A stretch of 64,000 bases of DNA. Source: Octopus sinensis. Its lineage: Eukaryota. The notes beneath the pieces were generated by a model, which had not been told where the DNA came from, did not search any database, and saw only the letters and a program-made list of their open reading frames with translations. The stretch's first letter is position 1; the number at the start of each line of letters is the position of its first letter. The position numbers and the translations under genes are program-made. Location of the stretch: NCBI RefSeq assembly GCF_006345805.1, contig NC_042997.1:182466001-182530000 (forward strand). The letters are read 5' to 3'. Shown piece after piece: positions 1 to 13,009 of this stretch.

Positions 1-35
1 CTGCACTAAACTCTCTATCAAATTAAGGTAGTATA

Positions 36-171
36 TGTTTATGAATCAGTACATTGATCATCATCATCATCATCATCATCGCCATTTAACGTCTGCTTTC
101 CATGCTGGCATGGGTTTGATGGAAAGCGGACGTTAAATGATGACTGTGATCAATGTACTGATTCATAAACA
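36..171. repeat. Fold-back (nested inverted repeat) built from an RTE-type 3' end and flanking DNA
   Basis: 36-60 is the exact reverse complement of 147-171. 83-103 pairs with 119-139 (one mismatch, G:U compatible) around a 15-nt loop. The inner arms are the CATTTAACGTC.GCTTTCCATG 3' terminus of the RTE family seen at 25.1 kb. Confidence 0.85.
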
Positions 172-460
172 ACAATGATTAAAATGGTCTCTATTGATGT
201 TCAGGATATAATAGGACATCTGATTAATCCTAAGGATGGGTCATATGAACCAACTTGATGAGTAATTTAACTTTTTAGCTTATAAGCTCTTACTTGGCCT
301 TAAGTTTCCATCACTTCAGTGTCCAGGAATAATCTGAAGCATTTTTTTTAAGCCAGTGACTATATATATTAAATTCTATAATTACTAAATTGTTCCTCAC
401 TAACTGTACGGATCTTCAACATTCAAAATGTATATTTTCCTGTAATATATTACAACAGAC

Positions 461-539
461 TCAATCTGTATATGAAGGGGAAACTGAATTTTTTTTAGTA
501 ACAGAGTCAAGCAGTTCTCTAAATTTTTCCAGCTGCTTC
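461..539 (-). CDS. Candidate terminal coding exon of the minus-strand gene (KQLEKFRELLDSVTKKNSVSPSYTD*)
   Basis: Acceptor atttgtag|G, open frame to TGA at 461-463, phase-compatible with candidate exon 3644-3762. No recognisable homology. Could be a decayed ORF, because the frame continues upstream with scattered stops. Confidence 0.2.
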
Positions 540-1214
540 CTACAAATCCTAATTACCATACAATCAACAGCTCTACTTTAGGCACTAAATATATTTTCTA
601 AAAAATAAAAAAACTCTTTATCTAACATATGAGCATACTACTGGAGCAGTCCATAGCTAACCATGCAGCCAGATAACCAATCCACTTAATTTTTAATTCA
701 TTGATCTATCAAAGCTCCCAATACACCTTTTACACTAACTACACAATACCAAATTAGTCATGAATAGAGAACACTTCTTGTACTCTACTGCTGAATTTTT
801 GGGAAAATGGCCATCATTCAAGCCCATCCAATAAGAAAAATTCTAAAAATGTATCAAATTACAAAACAATTAAACAGCATAAATTTATAAAGCCACAAAA
901 TTTTAATTTTAACAATAAAGAATTTTTTTTAAATGACAGACATGAAATATCAGATGATTTTTTTCCCAGCACTTAGTAAAATGACAAAGACTTTATTTTT
1001 TAAACTAAAAGTGTTTGATATTGATAAGCATGTGTCAAGTAATTGTTTTTGTTATTATCACTACTAACTATCAAAGTACTTAGAATGCTTTGTAAACATT
1101 ATTCCATTTCATATCAATAGCAATATTAAGTATACTGCTTCAAGTTTTGGTACCAAGAGCAACTATGTACAATTCAGATTAGCAAATCTGATTATGAAAA
1201 GAAAATATTATCTA

Positions 1215-1345
1215 CAACATTGATTTCAAATTTTGACACAAGGCCAGCAATTTCAGAGTAGGAGGTAAGTCAGTTACATCAACTCCATTATGCAACTCAT
1301 ACTTATTTTATTGACTCTGAAAGGAAGAAAGGCAAAGTCATACTC
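1215..1345 (+). mobile_element. Degenerate SINE-like repeat (second family)
   Basis: AAATTTTG.CACAAGGCCAGCAATTTCA..GTAAGT matches the reverse complement of 41245-41315. Confidence 0.55.
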
Positions 1346-1870
1346 TAGCACCAGTGATTTCAGAAGTGGCTGATAAACTGTAAGATAATGGTCTTGAAAC
1401 TAAGTCTGAATTCCAAGATACAGATGAAATTATTACTGCTAAATTGTACCATTCTAATGAATAGAATGAAGTACTTTTATGTACTTTACATTAAAAATCA
1501 TTAAAAAATCCCCCATAAAAATATGAATTGCACACCAAAAAAAAAAAGTGTATCAATGGTTACATTTTACATTAGCATAAACTAATCATAAAGAGATCAG
1601 TTATACATGATTAATCACTATCTAATTTTCTGGCCATTTAATTATATTAAATTACACATTGATACTTGTATAACTGGATTTATATCAATAACATATCTAT
1701 TCATTCTTAATACGTTCTGGCAGATTCAAGCATGAATGTCTAATTGTTGTTGTTTGTTGTCATCAGAGAACACATCCTCCCTTCATATGATGCATGTTCA
1801 TCAATATAAGGGAACATTGAGACACTGCAGGGTTTCAACCTTATTGTGTCTTGTTAGTTAAAGCCTAGCA

Positions 1871-2135
1871 GACTGATGAATCTAACAAGAGTACAAGTTC
1901 TTGTTTATAGAAATCAACAGACAAATTATTTGCTGATGCCTGCCAAACAGATAATAATTTATGGGGTACACACAGAGAATATATTAAGAATGAATAGTTA
2001 CATTATTGCTTAGATTCCTACTGTTCTGCATGCACCTAATAAATTACTATCTGTTAATGATAGCATTCATCAGCAAGTAATTTGTTTGAAGATTTCTATA
2101 TACAAGAGTTCATGATTTTGTTAGATTCATCAGTC
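1871..2135. repeat. Imperfect 68-bp inverted repeat pair (MITE-like fold-back)
   Basis: 1871-1938 and 2068-2135 are reverse complements: the outer 18 bp (GACTGATGAATCTAACAA) is exact and the inner part aligns with scattered mismatches. Spacer ~130 bp. Confidence 0.75.
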
Positions 2136-3643
2136 CAGTAGGGTAGCTTTGACTGAAGTGACATGTTATAAGGTTGAAATATTGCAGTGTCTCAAAGTAT
2201 CCTTACACCAGTGAATGCGTTATAAACATGTATCATCCAAAAGAGATGTTCTCCAATGCAAATAAATAAGTAAAGAATTCATAAATAAATATAAATGCAA
2301 TCAGACATAGTCAAATTTGCCAAAATGTATAAGAATGAAAAGAGATATTATTTAGACTCTCACTGTTCTGCATGCAACTTATGGATTTATTTCCTTATTC
2401 GTCTAAAGGTGAATATCATATTAAAACATTACAATTTTAAGAGCTAATGAATAAGAGACATTTTAGAGATTCAGAGAATTTTCACTTGGAACTAATACAG
2501 TTCTTTGTTAATTTAAAAATTTACAGATGACTATATTCCATTTAACAAATCAGGTCATAAACATTTTCAGATATATTTTATAATATGTTATTTTGTTTAG
2601 ACCCCAAATTTTTTTTTATTCTAAGCAGATTAAAAAAAAAAGAAAGAAATGATTAGCACTTATAAAATTTCTACAATTATTCTTATACCTATTGCAAAAG
2701 CCGTTGCACAAAAAATATTGCATATACTTACAAGGGAGATAATTTCCTTTTTTTTAATGCATGACATGTTTCAATGTGCTCAGAAAATGCAAAGGAAAAT
2801 CTTAGTACAAACTTCAGTTACTTAATGATATTAGTGATTAGAAATGATTTCTATTAGATATATCCCCTTAATAATGAGGTAACTTTTGATAAGCAACACG
2901 CTAATATTCAAGCCTATTTATCTATTTAATAAAGAAAAATTTACATCTCATAATAAAATTCCATTGCTTCAATGTTTTTATGTTTTACAAAAGTAATTTC
3001 CATTCATACAATTTGAAAAATCTTGGCAGATCCCTGTCACATAAATTTCAAGAGAAGAAACCAAACAAAAACAATATTTGATTTTTAAGCTAAGGTTAAA
3101 GCTTATGGTCCATAGTAAATTTTAAAAATAAATACACAATACCCATGACTTACGGCCTTATAAACTAGGGGAAGTGGTCAAACAAATAAGTTATGAATAT
3201 ATTACGTCATAAAACTGCATAACAATTATAGCTCTGAGGAAGCTGTGAGGTGATGCAAAAGCACCCAGCTACAAGTGCATTGCATCTTATAGCAGAAACA
3301 GCTGCAAACTAATTAATTTCACTGCATAATTTCCTGTTCCTTCGTCCTTTATTTCATTTCATAAAAATGAATACATAGATGGAATTTTAAACAGTATTAG
3401 CAAATTCTTTGTGTTGTGTACATCGTTCTGAGATTTACAAAGCAGTTTTTCCACATATTCCTCATCTCAAGAAATAGTCAATAAGCCAGATCTTTTTTGG
3501 TATATCAATTACACAGCAATAATCATCTGTACATAAGTTTTTAGAAATTTTTCTTTTGTCCAGCTAGCATAAATAGTAAAATGTACCAAATTTTTGCAGC
3601 AGCTAATGTCAACAACATCTAGTTGCATTATATAGTAACTTAC

Positions 3644-3762
3644 TCAGTTTCCAATATCTTACATGCATCATCATCCTGTATCATAAATGCTTGACATGCA
3701 TTTAAAAAAGCAGTAATAAAGATGTAGTTACAAAATGGCCCTCTCCACTCATTAATCAACAC
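3644..3762 (-). CDS. Candidate internal exon (VLINEWRGPFCNYIFITAFLNACQAFMIQDDDACKILET)
   Basis: tatgttag| acceptor, |gtaagt donor, 119 nt, only one open frame (phase 0 to 2). I found no phase-compatible link to exon 1. Confidence 0.3.
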
Positions 3763-5275
3763 CTAACATAATTTAGGTTCATATTCACTAATTTTGAGAT
3801 ATATAGAAATTGAATTTTATGTACTTCAAATATATATGATTGTCATTACAAAAATGTATATTTTCATGCTTCCCTATATCATAGTATCTCATCATCTTTC
3901 TGAGGTCTAGTTTAAATATTTCTAATTGCATAAATAGTTTCATATAAGTTAAATTGACTCATCTACATAAGGACAGCAATGCCATGTCCTTTTTCAATGC
4001 AGTAACATCAATTTGAGTTTCATATGACACTCCACTTCTTACAGTTCAGTTGTCCAGTTTTATCTTCACTGCCAATCTTCTCAAAAATTTTCTCTTTTTA
4101 ATTTGTTTGTTACTTCATACCTTCTAACCAACAAGCATGCCAATAATCAGTGTTTTTATTAGCCACAGATCATAACTAAACTAATTTTCTCTCACTCACA
4201 AATATATAAGTAAAAATAAAAAGTCATCTGTTATCAAGAGGTTTATAATTGTATAATGGTAAGTAATTTTTGCATTCTGAAGGAAAAAAGATGAAGGTAG
4301 GTTTTTAAACCCAGCTAAGGATTCCTAACATTCAACATAATTTAATTTTTAAAAAATAATGAAAGGATGCGAAAATGTTAAATTTCCTACAACAGGTTTC
4401 TTTATTCCTAAACATAAATAGCATTTATCTTAAAAGCATTGTGCTTTAACATCTTTAAATGTTATTCACAAGCTCGTGGAAACAAAATTAATCAGTAAAG
4501 GCTTATTAATCAATCAACTTCCAGAGATAAAGAAGCAGATATATTCCTAAACGTGATTTAAGCTTATCACTTGGGAAATAGGGACACTTTTGGTGGACAT
4601 GAGCGGTATACTCAGTCAAGAGTATCATGTAGGAAGAGAGTAAAAAAGGTCAACTTGTCCTTTTGGATACCACCACACTAAAGAGCAACACAATGGAATT
4701 TTAAAAAATACAATAGAAAGAAATAATCTGGAGTAATTTATCAAGGTATTTAGTATCTTCATTACTAAGATGTTCTAGACGAGAGAAGGAATTCCAGTCG
4801 AGACACTCTACAAGCACCGCATATTAATAAATATCATAATTTTAATAAAAATCATGTGATGCGGATGATGAAAGCTATGTAGTAACTACTGATAATAAAG
4901 ACGATCGTTTCACCTTTGTTTAATGAAATTAACTTAATATTGATGAGCTTTGATAATGCAAAAAAATGAGACAATTTGCAATCAACGAACGCCAAATCGA
5001 ATATTGTGCAACAATTTGATTGAGTGTATAGAATATATATATATGTATGTAAATATATAATATACATTAGTGTGAATGAATTTTGGTGAAATCAGATGAC
5101 AACACTTGGAATGCCTTGTTAAGGAAGATTAGACATGATTTGATAAAATCAAATGAATTTGTCCTCAATATAGAATGTACACAAATATATTTAACCCGAT
5201 TATTATTTCGTTGAAGCAAGAGAGAAATCGATTAGTTCAGCAACTGGGTCAATAAACATCCCACTAGCATTTAAC

Positions 5276-5311
5276 CTAAGACCGACCCAGAGACGAAGAA
5301 CAACGTCCAAT
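5276..5311 (-). CDS. Candidate 36-nt exon 2 of the minus-strand gene (NWTLFFVSGSVL)
   Basis: Acceptor ccatcaCTAATattttag with a branch-point-like CTAAT; in frame with exon 1 (phase 1 to 1); weak donor gttaaa. Confidence 0.25.
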   Translation of the reverse strand: MGRCSSSLGRS

Positions 5312-6193
5312 CTAAAATATTAGTGATGGAAAAACATCTTCGAGAATAGAACAAATAGAACTAAGTATACATGAGATGGCAATGTAGCAACAGTTGACTT
5401 AAAATTAAGTTTGCTAAATTTCTGATATCATTTAATTATGTTGTTCTATAATTAATAATGAAAGTAACAAATGTCAGTATACATAACAGCAATCCAGATA
5501 TTGATTTTCAACAGATGAATAGATTTTGATTAGAAATACCTCAACAGTTTACATTAGTCACAATATCGAAAGCAAAGGAATGTTATTACATATTTATTGC
5601 AATCAAATTCTCAGTGATTTGAACGTGAAATTTATGGAACTATTTGGGGGCGGGGTTTTATTAAAAAAGACATTTGCAATCACTTCATTTAAGAGGAAGA
5701 AAAACTAGCAAAATCATAATTAAAAGGTCAAATCAATAAACGGAGCTATAATTTAATAAAAGAAGTATACAGTTCGGTGTTCTAATTTCTTGTAAAAGAA
5801 ATACAATCATTTTTAATTCAATAGAAAAAAATGGGAGTGATACTAATAAACATATTCTTTAGTAGTAGAGAAAATCTCCAACTGAAATAAGATTTCACTT
5901 GAAACTATATGAAAAAAAAAATCCCTTAACTGGTTTTTATTTAAACATCTTTTCAGATCGTGCAAAATTAAAATCGAAATATCATTTAGTTAAAAAGCAA
6001 AGCATAATTTGACATTTTACTAAGAAAGATATGTCTTCTGCATCGGACGGGCGTAAGAAAAATTACGCTCAACAAAATATCAGTAAATATAATTAAAATT
6101 CTATAAATTCAGATTGTTTATTGCTTTCAACAAAACAATAGTAATTGCAGAATGACAAAAATAAATAAATAAATAAAACGTTTAATCACTTAC

Positions 6194-6221
6194 TTTCGTG
6201 AACTGCTGATTTGAGCGCCAT
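6194..6221 (-). CDS. First coding exon of an unidentified minus-strand gene (MALKSAVHE...)
   Basis: aaaATGGCG start context (also a YY1-like AAAATGGCG motif), then a consensus donor A|gtaagt at 6193, within the CpG-rich zone. Confidence 0.5.
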
Positions 6222-6530
6222 TTTGAAGGTTTTTTTCTGAAATCCTCGATCGTAGTAAAATCTGGAATGCTGGGAAAGTCAATCAAATCATAATCAATAT
6301 ACTGATTACACTTAATACTTATCTTCACGAATTATAACAAATGAAACGCCTACTATTTCTATCGCATAAAATTGCTTCTAAAATTAAAAGATTATTTTTC
6401 AATAAAAGACAAAAATTTATCAATTTTCTTTCAGGCCCGGAACTGTTTTACTGGTTGATATCATTGAGTATTTCGTAAACTTCACTTGCCGGAAACCATC
6501 GATTTTAGCCGAACTTCATCTTCGTTGTTT
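6222..6530. promoter_or_regulatory. Putative bidirectional promoter in a CpG-retaining island
   Basis: Lies between two divergent ATG+donor exons 553 bp apart; CCGGAA (ETS-core) at 6437-6442 and 6489-6494; local CpG enrichment over ~4.5-9.8 kb. Confidence 0.55.
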
Positions 6531-6553
6531 TTCAGACTGCGGCGTTTGTCACT

Positions 6554-6634
6554 ATGCGATTACTTGCTACTACTACTACTATTAGTTGTTTTCCTCCTCT
6601 TGCTACTACTGCGAGGAGGAAACAGATGCAGTAG
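6554..6634 (+). other. uORF1 in the 5' leader (26 aa)
   Basis: ATG 6554 to TAG 6634, MRLLATTTTISCFPPLATTARRKQMQ; depends on the TSS lying upstream of 6554. Confidence 0.4.
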
Positions 6635-6662
6635 TTGCTGGCTTTACAGTTGTTGTTAGTAA

Positions 6663-6758
6663 ATGGCTGCTGTGTTTTGTTATTCTTTATCTTCGGGCCT
6701 TCCGATGTACGATCTGGTCTTTCCCACTCTGGACTTTGTAGAACATGACGTAAAATAA
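6663..6758 (+). other. uORF2 in the 5' leader (31 aa), in frame with the main ATG
   Basis: aaATGG context; MAAVFCYSLSSGLPMYDLVFPTLDFVEHDVK* ends 15 nt before ATG 6774. Confidence 0.45.
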
Positions 6759-6773
6759 CTACCATCCTTAAAG

Positions 6774-6798
6774 ATGTCTGGAAAAGCAGAAAAAACAG
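6774..6798 (+). CDS. First coding exon of an unidentified plus-strand gene (MSGKAEKT...)
   Basis: aagATGT start and strong donor CAG|gtaagc at 6799 (phase 1), followed by long CpG-depleted intron-like sequence. Confidence 0.55.
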
Positions 6799-9406
6799 GT
6801 AAGCTTCCGCGATCGGGTAAATAAGAGGATTAAATGTCGAGGACGGAAAAGGTAACGGAATTGAATGAAGCGTCAAGCAACGGGGATATAATATAAATGA
6901 TACAAGAATAGTAGTAAATATATGTGTATTTTTTTCACCTGTGTAGATAATTCAAGTAGTAATATATTGGGTGTATACTGCATAAAGAATACTAATTGAC
7001 TTCAGCGATGGCAATGAGTGTGAATGTAAATTTCGAAATCCTATCTCCACTGACTAATGCACACTTACACGCACTCACAAATATACATTCATACTTATGT
7101 GTGTACGTGTATCTTTGTATATATAATGAATTCAATATAGTGTGAAAATATATATGTAAAAAAAAAAGAAATTGCTCGCTTATTGGGAGTGGCTCAGGTT
7201 TTGTTTTATGATGAACTGCTAAAATTTAGTTTGTTTAGAAATATATTTAAGTTTGAGCCAACTGTACTTACTCATTAAGGACTATCCGGAACGTTATATA
7301 TATATATATATATGTATATGTATATATATGTATATGTATATAGATGTATATGTATATAGATGTGTGTGTGAGTCTACAGCAGTAGAAAAGTCAGTTTGTA
7401 CTGTCGGCTGTATTTTACCAAGATTTGATCGTCGGTTTTAGCCTCATCAAGATAAATGACAATAAAAAATTGGCAGATCAAATTATATGAAAAAAAATAT
7501 TTCTTTGCTACCCGTTTTTCACTCTGATTTTTGTAAAGATTATTAATAATTGACCAGATAGTTTAAATATATATCTTGACAATGAATTTGTATTCACCTA
7601 TTTTAGATGACGTCTCTGTCTAATATCTCTTTAATATGTTCTTGAATTTTTCATTCCCTTCATTATCAATCACTGTAATTTGTACGTCTCTAAATAATTA
7701 GCTCGAAATTCGTGTTTCTCTCTCTCTCTCTTAATCAAGCTTATTCAGTTAGCTATTTTGTCATCGTTTAAATCACTTGTCTTATCAGTACCGGTGATAC
7801 TAAGAATATATTAAGAAAACAGCTGTTGTTTAGTATTAATAAAACCCATCATAAAAAAAATAACGTTCCCTAAACCCTCAAAATTAATATATTCTACAGG
7901 TTTAACCGAATATCTGAAATTTCGTCTTCCTTGAAGAGGAAGGGGTGGGCATAAAAAGTAGATCTCTGCTTTAATTTATTGGTAGCTAATTGTGGTTCGG
8001 ATTACACTGCATTTGATTTCACACTAATTGTCGCTTCTCAACTAATATATATTTATTAACAGAATAACTGTGTGACCGACTGTTATCACTTAACTCCTGC
8101 ATTAGAGTCTTTCAGACTGCTCTATTGGTTGAGTATTATATATATATATATATATATATATAGGAGAGAATGCGAAGAAAAGTTGAAAATATCGGTGCCA
8201 TACAGTCGAAGCGGATATAATGTACATGAGGTTAGCTAATCTATTCTGAAGCAAAAGGGAATATTAAAAAGTCCGGTCTCGCTTATTGTCAAATTACTCG
8301 TTTTTCGCTTCCACTTCAATCTTACGTAGTACGTAGGTATTTGCTACTGGCATCAAATGCATTATCCATACATGCATATGTGCAGACACATGTATGGACA
8401 CAGACACAATTGTAATACAAAATATGCACAAGCCGAAATTAAAATGCTAGTCTTCCGGTTTTCTACTTTTAAGTCTTGTGTGTGTGTGTGTGTATGTACT
8501 TCAGAGTGCACTTGGTAGGCTTGCGTTCAGTATTGATACTAGCATATGCGATGTGTTCGTGTGTGAGCATATGTAATATATTTCTGCTGGATACAAATTA
8601 AACAGATCGGTTATGAGATTCGGATTGAGCAAGATACTCTCGGTAGTGCTAGCTTAAAATCAATGTGATTATTATTTTTCCCTTATTTCTGTCGGGTTTT
8701 AAGCACTGCTTAACATATTGAGACGGATAAAAACAAATATTACATTGTCAAGTACTTGACCATTTCTGTCAAAACCCATGCATCGTATCTCTTTGACTTC
8801 AATTTTTTCTCATGTGTGTTGGTTAAGTCGTTCGTATCTCATCAGATATGGAACTAACTCAATTTCTAAACTGAGGTAGATTTCTGTCTAGATAATTTCC
8901 TTGTTTTCAGCTTCAACTTGATAGATGTGTGTGTGTGTGATTTCATAGAATGTAATTGAAGTGATCCAGGTTGTGTCTGCTGTATTTAGCAGTGACACGG
9001 AGCTTGACATGAATGAATTACTTGTTCAGTACCTTATGGTCTTGAGTTCAAATCTATTTGAGATCACTAAGATAGCTGCGGAAAGAATTGCTGTGGGTTT
9101 CTTTCGATGAATGATGATGATTCTAGATAGGATAGAACAGTGGAGTTGATACGTACAATAAGCCGGATTAGAGATTTTTTCCCCGATTCCCACTAGATTC
9201 AACTTTGCTTCTTTAGAAACGACGGTCGACGAAGTACCAGTAAGATAGTGTTAATTCAATCGGCTACAGCCCTTCTTGCCTTAAAAATGGCTTCATATCT
9301 TGTATAAAAACATCAAACCATTGATGTGTGTGCGTATGTATACATGTACGTATGTATGTGTGTATGTATGTGTACCCAACGAAATGTCAAAGTATGTGTA
9401 TGTTCT

Positions 9407-9462
<56 letters not shown>

Positions 9463-12400
9463 ACCAATGCCTATAAAACAGGTTCCCTTAATATGACGAA
9501 TATTCATATTTGTGTAATTGTTTAAATTTTACATCGACATGTTACATCTCTGTTAGTGTATATGCTAAGTCTGCGCTGACAATTAATATTTCTGCCGAAT
9601 ATTTGATTATTCTCCCATCAGTTATATCATAAAGCGGAAACATCGATGAAAGAAAACCAGTCCTTGTTTTGTCTGTTGTTTTTTTTCCTCTTTTTTTCTT
9701 TTTAATTTCTTCTTCACCATTATCGTTTTTGCTCGTCAGTAAAGTTTAGCCAAATACAGAAAGATTTGTCATTATATTATTGTTTGAAGTAGTTAATGTT
9801 AATACCACTAGATGATATTTCTGAACAATTCATAGTAGTAGTTTTCTGTCTAGAAGTGGCAGTATTATAAATGTGCCCTTATTTATTCAGCCTGTCATGG
9901 AAATGTGAATTATTACCAGTCTTTTAAGACGTCTTGTTATAATAGAATAGATACACATTAAATGAAAATGACCTATTTATTATTCTTTTTGCTTATTATA
10001 GTAATCAATATTATATAGAAATATCTAAATATTTTTTGGTGAGTGTCAGTCCCAAATTATAAAACTTACCTTAACCAACATTGAATTATTTAAAAATCTC
10101 TGTTCTCATTCAGATAGAGATTTAGTTTTTACTGTCCTCAATGACATGAAATATTAGAGACAGTTAATTAATTTGAACCTCACTGTTGAAATTTATTAAG
10201 TATTGCAATGGCTTCATTTGCTTTTGAGATTTACATGTATACAATTTGCCTTTAAACCTTTACGTCTAATATATCTCATGTTTTTGAATTTTCTGTTTTT
10301 TTTCTTTTGCTGTGAGCCACTTAAGCTTTATTCTCACTGATTTTTTTTCTTCAATCTTTTAAGTTATTCACCATATTCTTTGCTAGATTTAACCATTTTC
10401 ATTTCTATTTTTAAATACATAAACCTCCAAAATTCAAGTAGTAAAAGTTTCTCTAATTTTGTAAACCGTCAGGTTACTCTAGCAAATACATTTGTCTGCC
10501 CTACAATATAATAGGAATAATGAGTGGATAAAAATTGTATAGTGGGCGAAATGCCAGTTATGAAATGAATCCAGCTGGCAGATATATTCACTGAGCAGAC
10601 ATCAAAAGAATAAATAAGAATTTATTAGAATTTTCTTTCTTTGTAAAATTATAGATTTCTTTTTCCTTTTCACTCCTCAAATTTAAGGAAAGTTTGGTAA
10701 CAGAAGTTATATCTTTGGTTCAGTATTTGGAGATAAGAAGAAAAAAGAAATTTAATCCTTCACTAGGAGGTGTGAGCTGAACAGCCAGTTGTCTAGCATA
10801 AATACTTTTTTAAGATCCCCTTTAAAGAAAGAGGGAGAAAATCTCTAGTTAGTTGTAATCTTCAATCTGTTGCATATCTATCACTCCCAATAGTTTCAGA
10901 ATTTTTTTCTATTGTCATGGTGCTTAATTTTGAGATTAAAAATATTACTGAATAGATTGAAGTTGATTAAAAAAAAATTTTTGTTAGAATTGTTAGTTTG
11001 AAGAAATATGAGGATATTTTCACATAATAAAAATTTTCATTTGTTCAGCTAGAAAAACAAAAAAATCTTTGTTAAATTGAACTGATTATCATGACTAATT
11101 ATATTCTCACAACCTGTTCACTGTATCATGATCATTAATTTCTACAACAAAAGACTATTAAAATGATATTTATAACTATCAAATGTTTATCATAATTTTG
11201 ACTAATATTTATTTCTGAATTCCCTTTTATAGTAAGCAAGGTGAAACTGAAAATCTATATCGGTTTTTTTATATCTGAATGTTGTAAATTCAAATGAAGT
11301 TTATTTTTGTTTTGAAGATACTATAGAAATAAATATAAAAATTCAAATATTTATAATAGGAAATGAAAGACTGTGTAATCACTTTTTGTTAAAATAGGGA
11401 TTTCTGATTCAGTGAATGGCAGTTGAGAAATAGCAACTAAAATCAAAACTTTGAAAGATTGCTCTACATGAAGTGTCATGGTATTTAAATTCTTGAAATT
11501 AATCAGTGTTCTGACCATTTAATTGTTGCCAAACAAAATATACTAATTAATATTTGTTGTAAATAAATTCTCTTAATGGAGTGAAAAGCATCTGTTGATC
11601 ATGGCATGAGGTAAAATTATATTGAACATTGATTCATATAACTAGATATGGAATACTGGAATATGTGAAAATTTAAATATAGTGTGCTTTTCTCCCACAA
11701 TTGATCATTATTTAATTATGTTTTATTTAAGGAATAGCAGCAATATCTAGCTTTGTGAAATTAAGTAAAATCAGCTTCTAGTTTTAATAGTCAAATCTTA
11801 CTTTTGTAGGCATGTTAAACAAAACTAAATTAGTATGAATTATTATATTAAACCAGCAACATTGTGACCTAACAACTGTATAATTCTAAACTACATAATT
11901 TCTGTATTTCATAGTTTCTTCATTAATTATTACTCTAAATGTTACTGAAATTTATGAAGTTTGTGCGGTACTGTTATAGACTGAACAGGCTTTTGATATA
12001 AGTCCAGTTATGCAAACATTTCTAAGTGATCCTTTAAGTTCAAAAATTCAACATAAATGAGATGGGCAAAAGTTTTACCATTGTTACTCTGCACGATACC
12101 ATACTAAAGACTAAAATGAATTTCAGCTGAGCTGTAACATCTCATAAATTTTAATTCAGTAGGGTTACCAATGAACTTAATTGCCATTTTGCTTAAAGTG
12201 GTTTGCTGTATCAGATTGTTTATTATAGCTTTCTCACTATGATCTTACCGCAATTATCAAGACATGGTCCAAGTTTGTTATCATTACCATCATCACTTAA
12301 AGTCCATTTTGCAACACTGGCATGGGTTGGATGGTTTGACAAGAGCTGACAGACCAGAGATAAAGATGGAAAATATATGTTGTGCCACTGGTAAAGACTA

Positions 12401-13009
12401 CAAAAGATTATTTACTCTTCTAGTGGGCTTAAGATGAACTTTGAGGTGACAAATGACAACCTGTCTGATTTTGCAGTTTTTATGTTGGAGACAAACATTT
12501 CATTTAATTTTCTTTGCATTAAAGCAACTTATATTTACAAATTTCAGATTAAGAAACTGTCTTTAACCTTGCTATCCTGTCATACAATACAACTGTGTTT
12601 TTAGTAACCATTTAAAAAATTATAACCGAAAGATCACTAAAATCATTCACGTGCTAATTCAGGTCTTTAAGTTTGCCAGCTACTGTAAACAAACACAACA
12701 AGTACTTAATCTGCTGTAATCTTAATTGTTTTGTATTCTTGTTTGATTTATCTTTTTGATGATGTTTCATTTTAATGTACACTTTTCCATGCTTGCATGG
12801 TTTAGATGAAATTCATTGAGGCAGATTTTCTATAGCTGGATGCTCTTCCTGTTACCATCCTTCACCTGTTTCCAAGCAAGGTAATATTTCCATTAGTCTT
12901 CAAGCATGAATAGCCCAATGGCTAGATGTGATTTCACTGAAGATTGCAAGCAAATGACACTACTTATTTAAAACCATTTGTTTACAATTAATGTATGATG
13001 ACAAAACAA

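Noticed and set aside
6532-6876. 114-aa minus-strand ORF across the promoter and exon 1
   Set aside because: Antisense to the plus-strand leader, starts at a TTG inside the intron, includes repeat-derived VVVV; no coding signature.
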